Both the position numbers and the translations under genes were made by a program. This document shows, piece after piece, positions 10,463-20,531 of a DNA stretch of 64,000 nt. Source of the DNA: Undibacterium sp. Lineage in GTDB: Bacteria > Pseudomonadota > Gammaproteobacteria > Burkholderiales > Burkholderiaceae_D. Location of the stretch: the NCBI RefSeq assembly GCF_043726505.1, contig NZ_JAYSKH010000265.1; one strand, written 5' to 3'. The notes under the pieces are model-generated. The model was not told the origin of the DNA and did not search any database. It saw only the letters and a list, made by a program, of their open reading frames with translations. Numbering within the stretch: position 1 is the first letter of the stretch; each line of letters opens with the position of its first letter.

Positions 10463-11082
10463 TCAACGAGACCGAGGTTGACAATGGCGGCGGCAGGCGG
10501 AGCCATCGGCACCAGGCTCGCGATGGGGCGCTTGTCCTCAATTTCTTTTTGCAGCATTTCAGGTACGACATGAAACTGGACGTTGCTGATCCAGATCTTG
10601 CCCTTCCCTCTGATACCGACACCCAGTTCAAGCTGAGTGATTTCTTTGGGGATGACCATGCCTATTTTAGATTTTTTCCAGTCCTTGCTCTTGATCCAGT
10701 CAGCACCGACCGAGTTATAGCGGGCACTACCTGCTTTGATCTCGTTGCCATTGGTGCCGCGCAGCCATACCTGTGCATAGGCCGCACCGTCCAGCGATTT
10801 GCCTTCCAATGAAAACTCCACCATCTTTCCCTGCCATGGCTTTGCATCGACTGTCTGCGTCAGGGCAACAAATTCCCCCTCTGAGCCATCTTTGCCTTCC
10901 AGATAAACACTGGTATGGCCTTCGCTTTTTTCAGATGGATCAAAACCTGTGTCGGCCTGCACCGCTGTCCTGAAGCTGGCTACCCAGCCTTTTGGAACGC
11001 CGGTTTGCGCCGCGCCCGCAAATGACAGATTCATCGCGACCGCAATTGCCAGCGCCGCCAGCAGGATCTTTCCATGTTTCAT
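10459..11082 (-). CDS. Secreted/periplasmic protein, probable galactose-binding-like beta-sandwich (function unknown)
   Basis: Sec signal peptide; PKGW...LTQTVDAKPWQGKMVEFS...AQVWLR...WKKSKIGMVIP...GKGKIWISNVQF pattern. ATGA overlap with the kinase. Confidence 0.6.
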   Translation of the reverse strand: MKHGKILLAALAIAVAMNLSFAGAAQTGVPKGWVASFRTAVQADTGFDPSEKSEGHTSVYLEGKDGSEGEFVALTQTVDAKPWQGKMVEFSLEGKSLDGAAYAQVWLRGTNGNEIKAGSARYNSVGADWIKSKDWKKSKIGMVIPKEITQLELGVGIRGKGKIWISNVQFHVVPEMLQKEIEDKRPIASLVPMAPPAAAIVNLGLVE

Positions 11083-11266
11083 CGCCGTTCCTTATATGGT
11101 TAACATTGATGCGCATGGTGCCCGCACTAGCGACCACAGGCAACAGACCTGCGACGGATGCGGTACTTTTGGGGATTGCAGCTGTACATGCTGCGATAAG
11201 CGCATCATGGTTGCCGTCGGCGCTGGACGGCCTGAAGGCCATCGCAGCGCAACTGGGGATTTGAAC

Positions 11267-12568
11267 TTACGCGGGCTTCAGACCAGCCTCGGGCGTGGCG
11301 TCACCGCGCTTGCGGTACAGCACCAGCGTGGCGATCAGGCCGCATACGGCGGCAAAGGTCATCCACAGGCCGGGTGCGGCCTTGTCCTTGGTTGCTTCAA
11401 TCAGCGCGGTCGCAATGGCGGGCGTGAATCCGCCGAAGATTGCCGTGGCCAGGCTATACGCGAGCGAGAAACCGGCCGTACGCACTTCCACCGGCATGAC
11501 TTCGGTCAGCGACACGACCATGGCGCCGTTGTAGCTGGCATACAGGAAGGACAGCCACAGTTCCACCGTCAGCATTTTGTTGAATGTGGGCAGGCTGGTC
11601 AGCCAGCTCATGGCCGGATAAGCGGTCAGGATAGTCAGCACGGTAAAGAACAGCAGGATGGGACGGCGGCCCATCTTATCGGACAGCGCACCCATGATAG
11701 GCAGCCAGATGAAATTGGAGACACCAACGCACAGCGTGACGATCAGGCTGTCAGTGGTACTGAGCTTCAGCACGCTTTTGCCGAAGGTGGGTGTGTACAC
11801 GGTGATCAGGTAGAACGACACGGTCGTCATCGCCACCAGCATCATGCCGGCAATGACCAGACCCCAGTTGTCCAGCATGGAGCGGAAAATTTCTTTTGCA
11901 TCGGGGCGGTGCTTGCGCTTCATGAATTCTTCTGTCTCTTGCAGCGAGCGGCGGATCATGAACAGCACCGGCACGATCATGCAGCCGATGAAGAAGGGCA
12001 CGCGCCAGCCCCAGTCACCTATCTGCAGCGGCGTCAGTGTTACGTTCAATGCATAACCCAGCGCTGCCGCCACGATGATGGCGACCTGCTGGCTGGCAGA
12101 CTGCCAGCTAACGTAGAAGCCTTTGTTGCCGGGCGTGGCCATTTCAGACAGGTACACCGATACACCGCCCAGTTCCACACCGGCGGAGAAGCCTTGCAGC
12201 AGCCGGCCCAGCAGCACCAGAAACGGCGCCAGGTAGCCTATTGTCGCAAACCCGGGCACAAACGCGATCAGCACGGTGCCCAGCGCCATCAGCGCCAGTG
12301 TGACGATCAGCCCGCGGCGGCGGCCTACGCGGTCCACATAGGCGCCGAGGAAGATGGCGCCCAGCGGCCGCATCAGGAAACCGGCGCCGAAGGTCATGAA
12401 GGTCAGCATCAGCGAGGCGAATTCATCGCCCGAGGGAAAGAAAGTCTTGGAAATATACTGGGCGTAAAAACCGAACAGGAAAAAATCGAACATTTCCATG
12501 AAGTTGCCGCTGGTCACGCGCAGGACGGTACCGAATTTGGACTGGCTGGATGCTGAAGTGGCTGTCAT
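11267..12568 (-). CDS. MFS tricarboxylate/H+ symporter (CitA/TcuC-like, MHS family)
   Basis: [56 protein letters not shown]; about 12 TM segments. Confidence 0.9.
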   Translation of the reverse strand: MTATSASSQSKFGTVLRVTSGNFMEMFDFFLFGFYAQYISKTFFPSGDEFASLMLTFMTFGAGFLMRPLGAIFLGAYVDRVGRRRGLIVTLALMALGTVLIAFVPGFATIGYLAPFLVLLGRLLQGFSAGVELGGVSVYLSEMATPGNKGFYVSWQSASQQVAIIVAAALGYALNVTLTPLQIGDWGWRVPFFIGCMIVPVLFMIRRSLQETEEFMKRKHRPDAKEIFRSMLDNWGLVIAGMMLVAMTTVSFYLITVYTPTFGKSVLKLSTTDSLIVTLCVGVSNFIWLPIMGALSDKMGRRPILLFFTVLTILTAYPAMSWLTSLPTFNKMLTVELWLSFLYASYNGAMVVSLTEVMPVEVRTAGFSLAYSLATAIFGGFTPAIATALIEATKDKAAPGLWMTFAAVCGLIATLVLYRKRGDATPEAGLKPA

Positions 12569-12771
12569 TATGATCTCGCATGTAGAAGGAGAAAGGCGCC
12601 TTGCTCAGGGGCTTGCCGTATATGCCCACGGCATGGCCCTGCGGGTATATGTCCGGGAGCGCCTGCAGGGGTCTGTCTGATTATATAGCAAGCAGCGCGG
12701 CAGTCTGAAGCCTTGCGCGCCGGCCCCGCACTATGTGTTGCTGAATATACTGTTTAGAGTATTTGCAGCTG

Positions 12772-13149
12772 TCAGCGCGCAGACTGGTAAGCAGCCCAGG
12801 CCACCATCGCCCACGCCAGCAGGAAGCCCAGCCCGCCCAGCGGCGTAATTGCTCCCAGCACGCGCACGCCCGACAGAGCCAGCGCGTACAGGCTGCCGCT
12901 GAACAGGACGATGCCGGCCAGCATGGCAATTCCGGCCCAACTCAGTAATGCAGGATTTAGCCGCGGCATCAGCAGCGCTATGGCGAACAGACCCAGTCCA
13001 TGCATCGCCTGATAGCTGACCGCCGTCTGCCAGACCGCCAGCATCTCTGCGCTGAGCACCTGCTTTAGTCCATGCGCGCCAAAGGCGCCGGCGCCGACGG
13101 CGATGAACATGTTGATGGCAGCGGCGATGATGATGTTGCGTTCATTCAT
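12772..13149 (-). CDS. DUF423 (YgdD-like) membrane protein
   Basis: GAFGAHGL, YQAMHG, LFSGSLY, GAITPLGG. Confidence 0.9.
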   Translation of the reverse strand: MNERNIIIAAAINMFIAVGAGAFGAHGLKQVLSAEMLAVWQTAVSYQAMHGLGLFAIALLMPRLNPALLSWAGIAMLAGIVLFSGSLYALALSGVRVLGAITPLGGLGFLLAWAMVAWAAYQSAR

Positions 13150-13239
13150 GGGATGTCCTTAAGTTGAGCGGTATTATATAGTCAGCATGCTATGTCAGCA
13201 CGGACAGGCGCTTCTGTCTCGACAAGGTGTGCGGCACGC

Positions 13240-13267
13240 AAAAAAATGGCCGACTAGGTCGGCCATT
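13240..13267 (-). terminator. Intrinsic terminator downstream of the IOR gene
   Basis: AATGGCCGAC-TAG-GTCGGCCATT hairpin followed by a U-tract on the minus strand. Confidence 0.8.
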
Positions 13268-13306
13268 CGTTTTACACCATGCAGCTATGACATCAGGCAA
13301 ACCGCA

Positions 13307-16300
13307 TCAGGCAGCTTTCTGGTCCCGCTGCTTGGTATTGAACTCCGCCAGCAGCGTTGCCTGCCTGCCCTTGGCGACATTCAGATGGCGCTCCTTCACA
13401 TGGCCGTAACCGCGGATATCTTCCGGGATACTGGCGATGGCCACTGCCTTGGACAGGTTATCCGCGTTCAGCTGAGGCAGCAGGCTGGACAGCAGCTGCT
13501 TGTACTCAACCGGCAACGCGCGTTCCATCTTGCGCTCTTCAGTGTAGCCGAAGATATCCAACATGCCGCCGCGCAGGAATTTACCCTTGGCCAGCAGGCC
13601 GAAGGCTTTCATCATCCACGGGCCGAAGGATTGTTTGATCAGGTGTCCCTTGGCATCGCGCTTGGCCAGCAAAGGCGGCGCCAGGTGGAAGTTGATCTTG
13701 TAATCGCCTTCGAACATGTCGGCAATTTTCTTCTCGAAGCTGCCGGTGGTGTACAGACGCGCGACTTCGTACTCGTCCTTGTAGGCCATCAGCTTGAACA
13801 GGTAACGTGCAGCAGCTTCGGTCAGGCGCAGCGACTTGGCGCCGTCCACGACTTTTTCTTCTGCCGCTTTGACCTGGTTGATGAAGTCCACATACTGCTT
13901 CGCGTAAGCCGCATCCTGGTAATCAGTCAGGAAGGCAGTACGCTTGGCGATGATGTCGTCCAGCGTCGGTGCGCGTTTCAGCTCGATGACTTGCGCCGGT
14001 GTGATCAGCTTCTCTACAGCAGGCAAGTCGTGCGCAGCAATCCGGCCCCAGTTAAAGGCTTTCTTGTTGAAGTCTACCGACACGCCGTTCAGTTCTATCG
14101 CGCGCATCAATACTGCTTCAGTCAACGGCACCCAGCCTTTTTGCCATGCATAACCGAGCATGAACATATTGGTGGCGATATTGTCGCCCATCAGCGCGGT
14201 GGCGATCCTGCCGGCGTCGATCAGCGATACGTGGTCGCTGCCGCAGGCGGCGCGGATGTCGCTCTCTGCGCCCGCGCCCGGGAACTGCCAGTTAGGATCC
14301 TTGACAAAAGCCGCAGTCGGCGTGCCGGTGGAATTGATTGCCGCGTAAGTACGCCCTTCACCCATGCGCGACAGTGCATCCTTGCCGGCAGTGACGATAA
14401 CGTCGCAGCCGATCACCAGATCCGCCGCGCCGGTGCCGACGCGGGTGGAATGGATGTCTTCCGGCTTGTCCGCCAGACGCACGTGAGACAGCACAGGGCC
14501 GCCTTTTTGCGCCAGACCACTCATGTCCAGCACTGAACATCCCTTGCCTGCAACGTGGGCAGCCATTGCCAGGATCTGGCCGACAGTCACCACACCGGTG
14601 CCGCCTATGCCGGTCACGAGGATGCCGAAAGGCTCCGCTGTGGACGGAATGACAGGCGTAGGCAGGTTAGCCACGTCCAGCGACGACGTCGTGCCCTCTA
14701 CCTTGGCCTTCTTCGGCTTCTTCAGGCTGCCGCCTTCTACCGTCACAAAGCTTGGGCAGAAACCGGTGACGCAGGAGAAGTCCTTGTTGCATGAAGACTG
14801 GTTAATCTGGCGCTTGCGGCCCAGTTCAGTTTCCAGCGGTTCTACCGACAGGCAGTTGGATTGCACGCTGCAATCGCCGCAGCCTTCGCAGACGGCTTCG
14901 TTGATGACGGCGCGTTTGGCTGGGTCCGGATATTCATTGCGTTTCCGGCGGCGGCGTTTTTCGCTGGCGCAGGTCTGGTCATAGATCATTGCCGATACGC
15001 CCTTGACTTCACGCAGCTCGCGCTGCACGGCATCCAGTTCGCTGCGGTGGCGTACTGTCACGCCGGGCGCCCATGCATAATCAGCCGGGTATTTGTCCGG
15101 TTCGTCGGTAACGACGATGATAGGGGTTACCCCTTCAGCGGCGATCTGGCGCGAAATCATTGCCGGGTCCAGCGGGCCGTCGAATTCCTGGCCGCCAGTC
15201 ATCGCAACCGCGTCGTTGTACAAAATTTTGTACGTGATATTGACCTTGCCGGATACCGCTGCGCGGATCGCCAGCAGGCCGGAGTGGTAGTACGTACCAT
15301 CACCCAGATTGCTGAACACGTGCTGCTCAGTCGTGAACGGCGCCTGGCCTATCCACGTCGTGCCTTCGGCGCCCATGTGCGTGAAGGTGGAAGTTTCCCT
15401 GTCCATCCACAGCACCATGTAGTGGCAGCCAATGCCGGCCAGCGCGCGGCTGCCTTCCGGTACCTTGGTCGATGTATTGTGCGGGCAGCCGGAGCAGAAA
15501 TGCGGGATGCGGTCTTTGGCCGGATCAGGCTTGCTGGACATCACCTTCAGCACCGATTCCTTGGCTTCCAGATAAGCGATGCGTTCCTTGACGCGCTGCT
15601 CTACCGGATGGCCGGCGAAATAGCGGGAGATACGCGATGCCACTGCGCGCGCGATCTGCGCAGGTGTCAGCTCATAGGTCGCGGGCAACAGCCAGTCGCC
15701 GTGACCGGCGCCCTGCAGGTTGCTCCACTCGCCGGTATCGTCAAACTTGCCGACAACGCGTGGGCGCTGGCCGTCCGGCAGGTTATACAGCTCTTCCTTG
15801 ATCTGGTATTCCAGGATCTGGCGTTTTTCTTCAACAACGAGGATTTCTTCCAGGCCTTCGGCAAACTGGTGCACGCCCTGCGATTCCAGCGGCCAGGTCA
15901 TGCCTATCTTGTACAGGCGGATGCCGACGTCATGTGCGACCTGCTCATCGATACCAAGATCGGCCAGCGCCTGGCGCGTATCCAGATAGGATTTGCCGGC
16001 GGTGACGATGCCGATGCGGGCCTTGGGGCTGTCCCAAATGATCTGGTTCAGCTTGTTGGCGCGCACATAGGCGAGTGCCGCATACCATTTATAGTTGTTC
16101 ATCCGCGCTTCCTGGTCCAGCACGGCATCCGGCATGCGAATGTTGAGGCCGTCAGGCGGCAGGATCAGGTCGGTCGGGATAACAGGTTGCACGCGGTCCG
16201 GATCGATATCGACGGCAGCGCCGGATTCAACGATGTCGGTCACGCATTTCATCGATACCCACAGGCCGGTGTAGCGGCTCATTGCAAATGCATGCAGGCC

Positions 16301-16882
16301 GTAGTCCAGGTATTCCTGCACCGATGATGGGTACAGCACCGGAATGCCGCAGGCTTTCAGGATGTGTTCGCTCTGGTGCGCAGTAGTCGATGATTTCGCT
16401 GCATGGTCGTCGCCGGCCAATACCAGCACGCCACCGTGCTTGGACGTGCCCGCCATGTTCGCATGTTTGAAGACGTCGCCGCAACGGTCAACGCCGGGGC
16501 CCTTGCCGTACCAGATGGAAAACACGCCGTCGTATTTGGCGCCGGGATACAGGTTGACCTGCTGCGTGCCCCATACGGTGGTTGCCGCCAGATCCTCATT
16601 GACGCCGGGATGGAAAGTGACGTGGTGCGCAGCCAGATGCTTCTTGGCTTTTTGCGCTGTCATGTCGACGCCGCCCAGCGGCGAACCGCGGTAGCCGGTG
16701 ATGAAGCCGCCTGTATTCAGGCCTGCTTTCACGTCATGCTGGCGCTGCAGCATTGCCAGGCGAATGATCGCCTGCGTGCCGGTCATGAAGGCGCGGCCGC
16801 GCTCCAGCGTAAATTTGTCATCCAGGGAAATCTTGTCGTCTACCAGCGGGTTATGCTGATCGACCTTGAGGGGTGCGTTCAT
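13307..16882 (-). CDS. Indolepyruvate:ferredoxin oxidoreductase family protein (fused alpha/beta)
   Basis: GYRGSPLGG, WYGKGPGVDR, FCSGCPHN, GIGCH, GDGTYYHSG (TPP), CEGCGDC ferredoxin motif, GIGGTGV, GLAQKGG. Confidence 0.95.
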   Translation of the reverse strand: MNAPLKVDQHNPLVDDKISLDDKFTLERGRAFMTGTQAIIRLAMLQRQHDVKAGLNTGGFITGYRGSPLGGVDMTAQKAKKHLAAHHVTFHPGVNEDLAATTVWGTQQVNLYPGAKYDGVFSIWYGKGPGVDRCGDVFKHANMAGTSKHGGVLVLAGDDHAAKSSTTAHQSEHILKACGIPVLYPSSVQEYLDYGLHAFAMSRYTGLWVSMKCVTDIVESGAAVDIDPDRVQPVIPTDLILPPDGLNIRMPDAVLDQEARMNNYKWYAALAYVRANKLNQIIWDSPKARIGIVTAGKSYLDTRQALADLGIDEQVAHDVGIRLYKIGMTWPLESQGVHQFAEGLEEILVVEEKRQILEYQIKEELYNLPDGQRPRVVGKFDDTGEWSNLQGAGHGDWLLPATYELTPAQIARAVASRISRYFAGHPVEQRVKERIAYLEAKESVLKVMSSKPDPAKDRIPHFCSGCPHNTSTKVPEGSRALAGIGCHYMVLWMDRETSTFTHMGAEGTTWIGQAPFTTEQHVFSNLGDGTYYHSGLLAIRAAVSGKVNITYKILYNDAVAMTGGQEFDGPLDPAMISRQIAAEGVTPIIVVTDEPDKYPADYAWAPGVTVRHRSELDAVQRELREVKGVSAMIYDQTCASEKRRRRKRNEYPDPAKRAVINEAVCEGCGDCSVQSNCLSVEPLETELGRKRQINQSSCNKDFSCVTGFCPSFVTVEGGSLKKPKKAKVEGTTSSLDVANLPTPVIPSTAEPFGILVTGIGGTGVVTVGQILAMAAHVAGKGCSVLDMSGLAQKGGPVLSHVRLADKPEDIHSTRVGTGAADLVIGCDVIVTAGKDALSRMGEGRTYAAINSTGTPTAAFVKDPNWQFPGAGAESDIRAACGSDHVSLIDAGRIATALMGDNIATNMFMLGYAWQKGWVPLTEAVLMRAIELNGVSVDFNKKAFNWGRIAAHDLPAVEKLITPAQVIELKRAPTLDDIIAKRTAFLTDYQDAAYAKQYVDFINQVKAAEEKVVDGAKSLRLTEAAARYLFKLMAYKDEYEVARLYTTGSFEKKIADMFEGDYKINFHLAPPLLAKRDAKGHLIKQSFGPWMMKAFGLLAKGKFLRGGMLDIFGYTEERKMERALPVEYKQLLSSLLPQLNADNLSKAVAIASIPEDIRGYGHVKERHLNVAKGRQATLLAEFNTKQRDQKAA

Positions 16883-17339
16883 GGGGTCTCCGTGCTTTGG
16901 TCTCGTTGCGAGGATATCGCTTCAAACAGAATCACCTTGTGGGTAATCATATATGGGATTCGCTAAGATAGTTGCACAATCGGCGCCTATTCCTGCCTCG
17001 CGAATCTCCGGCTTGTTCTATGACGGATCGCACATTAACACGCTGTACCGGCCAATTCAATGGACACTGCAACATAAAGAGACCAGTACAGCATTGCTGA
17101 CACTTCACCAAAGTGTACCGGTTAAATTGACACTAATTCTTTGGGGTAATTAGGCGAAATATCGTTTAGCGCTTCGTTTTGCCCTTCGCCTGCCCGGCCA
17201 CTCTGCCATGGGTCGCCACATTCAAATAATTCTAAATTTACAACAAATTTACCTATTACAGCAATAAAGTTTGTCCATGCCGTCCCGGTGCATGCCCGTT
17301 CGCGCCAATTGCGCAAGTGAATAAGTCTATAATGGCAAA

Positions 17340-18191
17340 ATGAAACTTAAATTCACAAAGATGCATGGCGCCGGCAATGACTTTGTCGTCATCGACGCCA
17401 TCAACCAGCAGATAGCCTTCACTCCTGAGCAGTGGAAGCAACTGGCCGACCGCCGTTTCGGCGTCGGCGCTGACCAGATTCTGGTGGTGGAGAAGCCTGA
17501 AACCGAAGGCGTGGACTTCCGCTACCGTATCTATAATGCCGACGGCGGCGAAGTCGAGCAATGCGGCAACGGCTCGCGCGCCTTTGTCCGCTTTGTGCGC
17601 GACAAGGGGCTGACAAGCAAGGATGCAATCCGGGTTGAAACCCTGTCCGGCATCATAGAGCCGCGGCTGGAGGCGGATGGCAGCGTGACCGTGGACATGG
17701 GCGCGCCCGTGCTGGAACCAGCCAAAGTGCCGTTTGACAGTAACGGGCTGGTATCCCGCACCGAAGGCCGCGATGAATTGTGGCCGCTGGACGTGAACGG
17801 CAAAACCGTATGGCTGTCGACCATTTCCATGGGCAACCCGCATGCGGTGCAGGTCGTGGAAGACACGGAAGCCTGGCCGGTACTGGCCGATGGCCCGGTG
17901 ATAGAGCATCATCCGCGTTTTGCGCGCCGCGTGAACGCCGGGTTCATGCAGATTGTAGACAAGCATCACATCCGCCTGCGCGTGTATGAGCGTGGCGCCG
18001 GCGAGACGCTGGCCTGCGGCACCGGCGCCTGTGCGGCAGCCGTGGCCGGCATACGGCGCGGCCTGCTGGAATCGCCGGTACGGGTCACAACCCACGGCGG
18101 CGAATTATCCATTGCATGGCAGGGCGAAGGCCAGCCGGTGCTGATGAGCGGGCCGGCGGTGTCGGTGTACGAAGGCGAAATCAACATTTAA
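17340..18191 (+). CDS. dapF: Diaminopimelate epimerase
   Basis: [35 protein letters not shown]. Confidence 0.97.
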   Translation: MKLKFTKMHGAGNDFVVIDAINQQIAFTPEQWKQLADRRFGVGADQILVVEKPETEGVDFRYRIYNADGGEVEQCGNGSRAFVRFVRDKGLTSKDAIRVETLSGIIEPRLEADGSVTVDMGAPVLEPAKVPFDSNGLVSRTEGRDELWPLDVNGKTVWLSTISMGNPHAVQVVEDTEAWPVLADGPVIEHHPRFARRVNAGFMQIVDKHHIRLRVYERGAGETLACGTGACAAAVAGIRRGLLESPVRVTTHGGELSIAWQGEGQPVLMSGPAVSVYEGEINI

Positions 18192-18201
18192 TCTATTACT
18201 C

Positions 18202-18858
18202 ATGAATTCTAACGACATCGCGGATTACCTGACCCAACACCCCCATTTCTTTGAAGAGCACGCAGAACTGCTGTCCGCCGTCAAACTGACCAGCCCGGTA
18301 CTGGGACGCGCCATTTCGCTGCAAGAGCGGCAAATGGAAATCGTCAGGGAAAAATACAAGCTGCTGGAACTGCGCATGTCGGACCTGATGCGCGTGGCGC
18401 AGGAAAACGACGGCATCACGACCAAATTCCAGACCTGGACCCGTTCACTGCTGCTGGCCCGCAACGACGTTGACCTGCCTTACGTGCTGACACAGGGCCT
18501 GCAACAGTTCTTCGACCTGCCACACGCTACGCTGCGGCTGTGGAATACCTCGGAAGATTATTCGCATACGTGGTTCTCGCAATCGGTGACGGAAGACGTG
18601 CGCCTGTTTGCCAAAGGCCTCAACTCGCCGTTCTGCGGCAAGAACATGGATTTTGAAGCGGCGGGCTGGATAGAGTCGGAAGAACCGATACAGTCGCTGG
18701 CAATGCTGCCGTTGCGTCTGGCTCCAGGCGCTTCCACATTCGGCCTGCTGGTACTGGGTTCGCCCGATCCTGCGCGCTACACCAAGGAAATGGCCACCGA
18801 TTTCCTGTCCCGGATTGCCGATACCAGCAGCGCCGCACTAAGCTGCCTGATCGAGTAG
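18202..18858 (+). CDS. DUF484 (YigA-like) GAF-fold protein
   Basis: YLTQHPHFFEEH, ISLQERQ, FGLLVLGS..RY...M.T.FL; conserved position between dapF and xerC. Confidence 0.88.
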   Translation: MNSNDIADYLTQHPHFFEEHAELLSAVKLTSPVLGRAISLQERQMEIVREKYKLLELRMSDLMRVAQENDGITTKFQTWTRSLLLARNDVDLPYVLTQGLQQFFDLPHATLRLWNTSEDYSHTWFSQSVTEDVRLFAKGLNSPFCGKNMDFEAAGWIESEEPIQSLAMLPLRLAPGASTFGLLVLGSPDPARYTKEMATDFLSRIADTSSAALSCLIE

Positions 18859-18861
18859 CAC

Positions 18862-19785
18862 ATGGATAACGCAAGCCCGGCTGATTATCTGCAGGTCTTG
18901 CGCACGCAGCGCAATTTATCTCCGCACACGGTGTCCAGCTACCGGCTGGACCTGGAAGAACTGGCAACACTGGCGGCAGCCGCCGGCGAAACCGACCTTG
19001 CCGCCCTCAGTTATTTCCACATCCGCCGTTTTACGTCACAGTTGCATGCCGGCGGCCAGAGCCCGCGCAGCATCGCGCGCAAGCTGTCTGCGTGGCGCGG
19101 CTTTTACCGCTGGCTCGCGGAGCAGCAGCCGCTGCCCGGCAATCCCGTAGACGGCATCAAGGCGCCCAAGCGCGGCAAATCGCTGCCCAAAGCGCTGGGT
19201 GCGGACGACGCGGTACGGCTGGTGTCGCAGGCGCGCAGCGACAGCGCCACGCTGGCCGCCAACCGTGCAATGTTTGAACTGCTGTATTCCAGCGGACTGC
19301 GGGTGTCTGAACTGGTGGGGCTGGATGTTGCCAACGTGTCGGAAAAAGGCCACACCTCGCTGGGCTGGGTGAATATGGAGCAGCAGGAAGTGCTGGTCAC
19401 CGGCAAGGGCGACAAGCAGCGCATCGTGCCGGTAGGCCGCCCCGCGCTGGAAGCGATACAGGTATGGCTGGCCCTGCGCCCTACTTTACAGAAAGCGGAC
19501 CCGCACCCGCTGTTCCTGACAGAACGCGGTACCCGCATATCGGCCCGCCTGGTGCAGATGCGGCTGAAAGCGCATGCGCAGTCGCTGGACATCCCCGCCG
19601 ATGTGCATCCGCACGTATTGCGCCATTCATTCGCGTCGCATGTGCTGCAATCATCGGGCGACCTGCGCGCCGTGCAGGAAATGCTGGGCCATAGCTCCAT
19701 CGCCGCAACGCAGGTGTATACATCGCTGGATTTCCAGCATCTGTCCAAGGTCTACGACCAGGCCCATCCGCGCGCGAAGAAATAA
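18862..19785 (+). CDS. xerC: Tyrosine recombinase XerC
   Basis: YSSGLRVSEL, GKGDKQR, HPHVLRHSFASH, LGH, TQVYT; dapF-yigA-xerC synteny. Confidence 0.93.
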   Translation: MDNASPADYLQVLRTQRNLSPHTVSSYRLDLEELATLAAAAGETDLAALSYFHIRRFTSQLHAGGQSPRSIARKLSAWRGFYRWLAEQQPLPGNPVDGIKAPKRGKSLPKALGADDAVRLVSQARSDSATLAANRAMFELLYSSGLRVSELVGLDVANVSEKGHTSLGWVNMEQQEVLVTGKGDKQRIVPVGRPALEAIQVWLALRPTLQKADPHPLFLTERGTRISARLVQMRLKAHAQSLDIPADVHPHVLRHSFASHVLQSSGDLRAVQEMLGHSSIAATQVYTSLDFQHLSKVYDQAHPRAKK

Positions 19786-19823
19786 GCTGCCTGCGCTGCC
19801 CAAAACTTTCCCGAATTCAGCAT

Positions 19824-19842
19824 TTTGCAACTGAATTGCATT
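19824..19842. promoter_or_regulatory. Candidate Zur operator
   Basis: TTTGCAAC-TGA-ATTGCATT imperfect dyad just upstream of a -10-like CATAAT (19849-19854) and the zur start. Confidence 0.6.
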
Positions 19843-19898
19843 TTGATGCATAATAGGGGCTTCGCCTTCAGGCGCTTATTTATTTACTCGCCTTATCC

Positions 19899-20459
19899 AT
19901 GAAAACCAAGCTCGCCAGCACCCCGCCCGCCGATCCGCACGCCAGCCACGCAGGCCACCCCGCCCATGTCCAGCATGGCAAGGCGCTGGCAGAGAATATG
20001 CTGCGCAGTTCATCGGTACGGGCCACCGAAGCCAGGATCAATGTGCTGGCGGTGCTGCTGGACAACCGCTGCGCGCTGTCGCACCAGGAAGTGCAGGATG
20101 CCCTGCAGAGCATGGACAGGGTCACGCTGTACCGCGCGCTGGATTGCCTGACCGATGCCGGCCTGACGCACAAGATTGCCGGCGACGACCGCGTGTATCG
20201 CTACAGCACCGGCGGCGAACACGGCGAGCATGCACACGCATCCGGCACGATCCAGCACCAGCACGGCCACTTCAAATGCACGCGCTGCACGCGGGTGTTC
20301 TGCCTGGATGACGAGCATAGCGAACAGGACGCCGACCCAACACCGCCGTCGCTGAAGCAGCAGTTGCAGGCCACGCTGCACGCCACCGCCAGCCGCGGCT
20401 TCCAGAGCCACGATATAGAGCTGACCATCAAGGGCTGGTGCGCGGATTGCGCAAAGTAA
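19899..20459 (+). CDS. zur: Fur family regulator, probably Zur
   Basis: DRVTLYRAL helix, HQHGHFKCTRC and C-terminal WCADC; His-rich extensions; directly upstream of a COG0523 GTPase. Confidence 0.75.
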   Translation: MKTKLASTPPADPHASHAGHPAHVQHGKALAENMLRSSSVRATEARINVLAVLLDNRCALSHQEVQDALQSMDRVTLYRALDCLTDAGLTHKIAGDDRVYRYSTGGEHGEHAHASGTIQHQHGHFKCTRCTRVFCLDDEHSEQDADPTPPSLKQQLQATLHATASRGFQSHDIELTIKGWCADCAK

Positions 20460-20531
20460 GCAAAAACCCGCCTATACAAAAAGCACGGGCACTGAACACA
20501 TCATCATTAAGTCACTAGCAGAGATAACACC

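Noticed and set aside
11130-11155. GCGAC repeated at 21-bp spacing upstream of the secreted-protein/LytTR operon (LytTR-like periodicity)
   Set aside because: Only 5 bp match, too weak without comparative data.
10949-12556. 535-aa plus-strand ORF
   Set aside because: Antisense to the MFS transporter; no recognisable motifs; typical high-GC shadow ORF.
13187-16327. 449-aa and 488-aa plus-strand ORFs
   Set aside because: Antisense shadows of the IOR gene.
18862-19785. Tyrosine recombinase as a sign of an integrative element
   Set aside because: The dapF-DUF484-xerC context marks it as housekeeping XerC; no att sites, tRNA or phage genes nearby.
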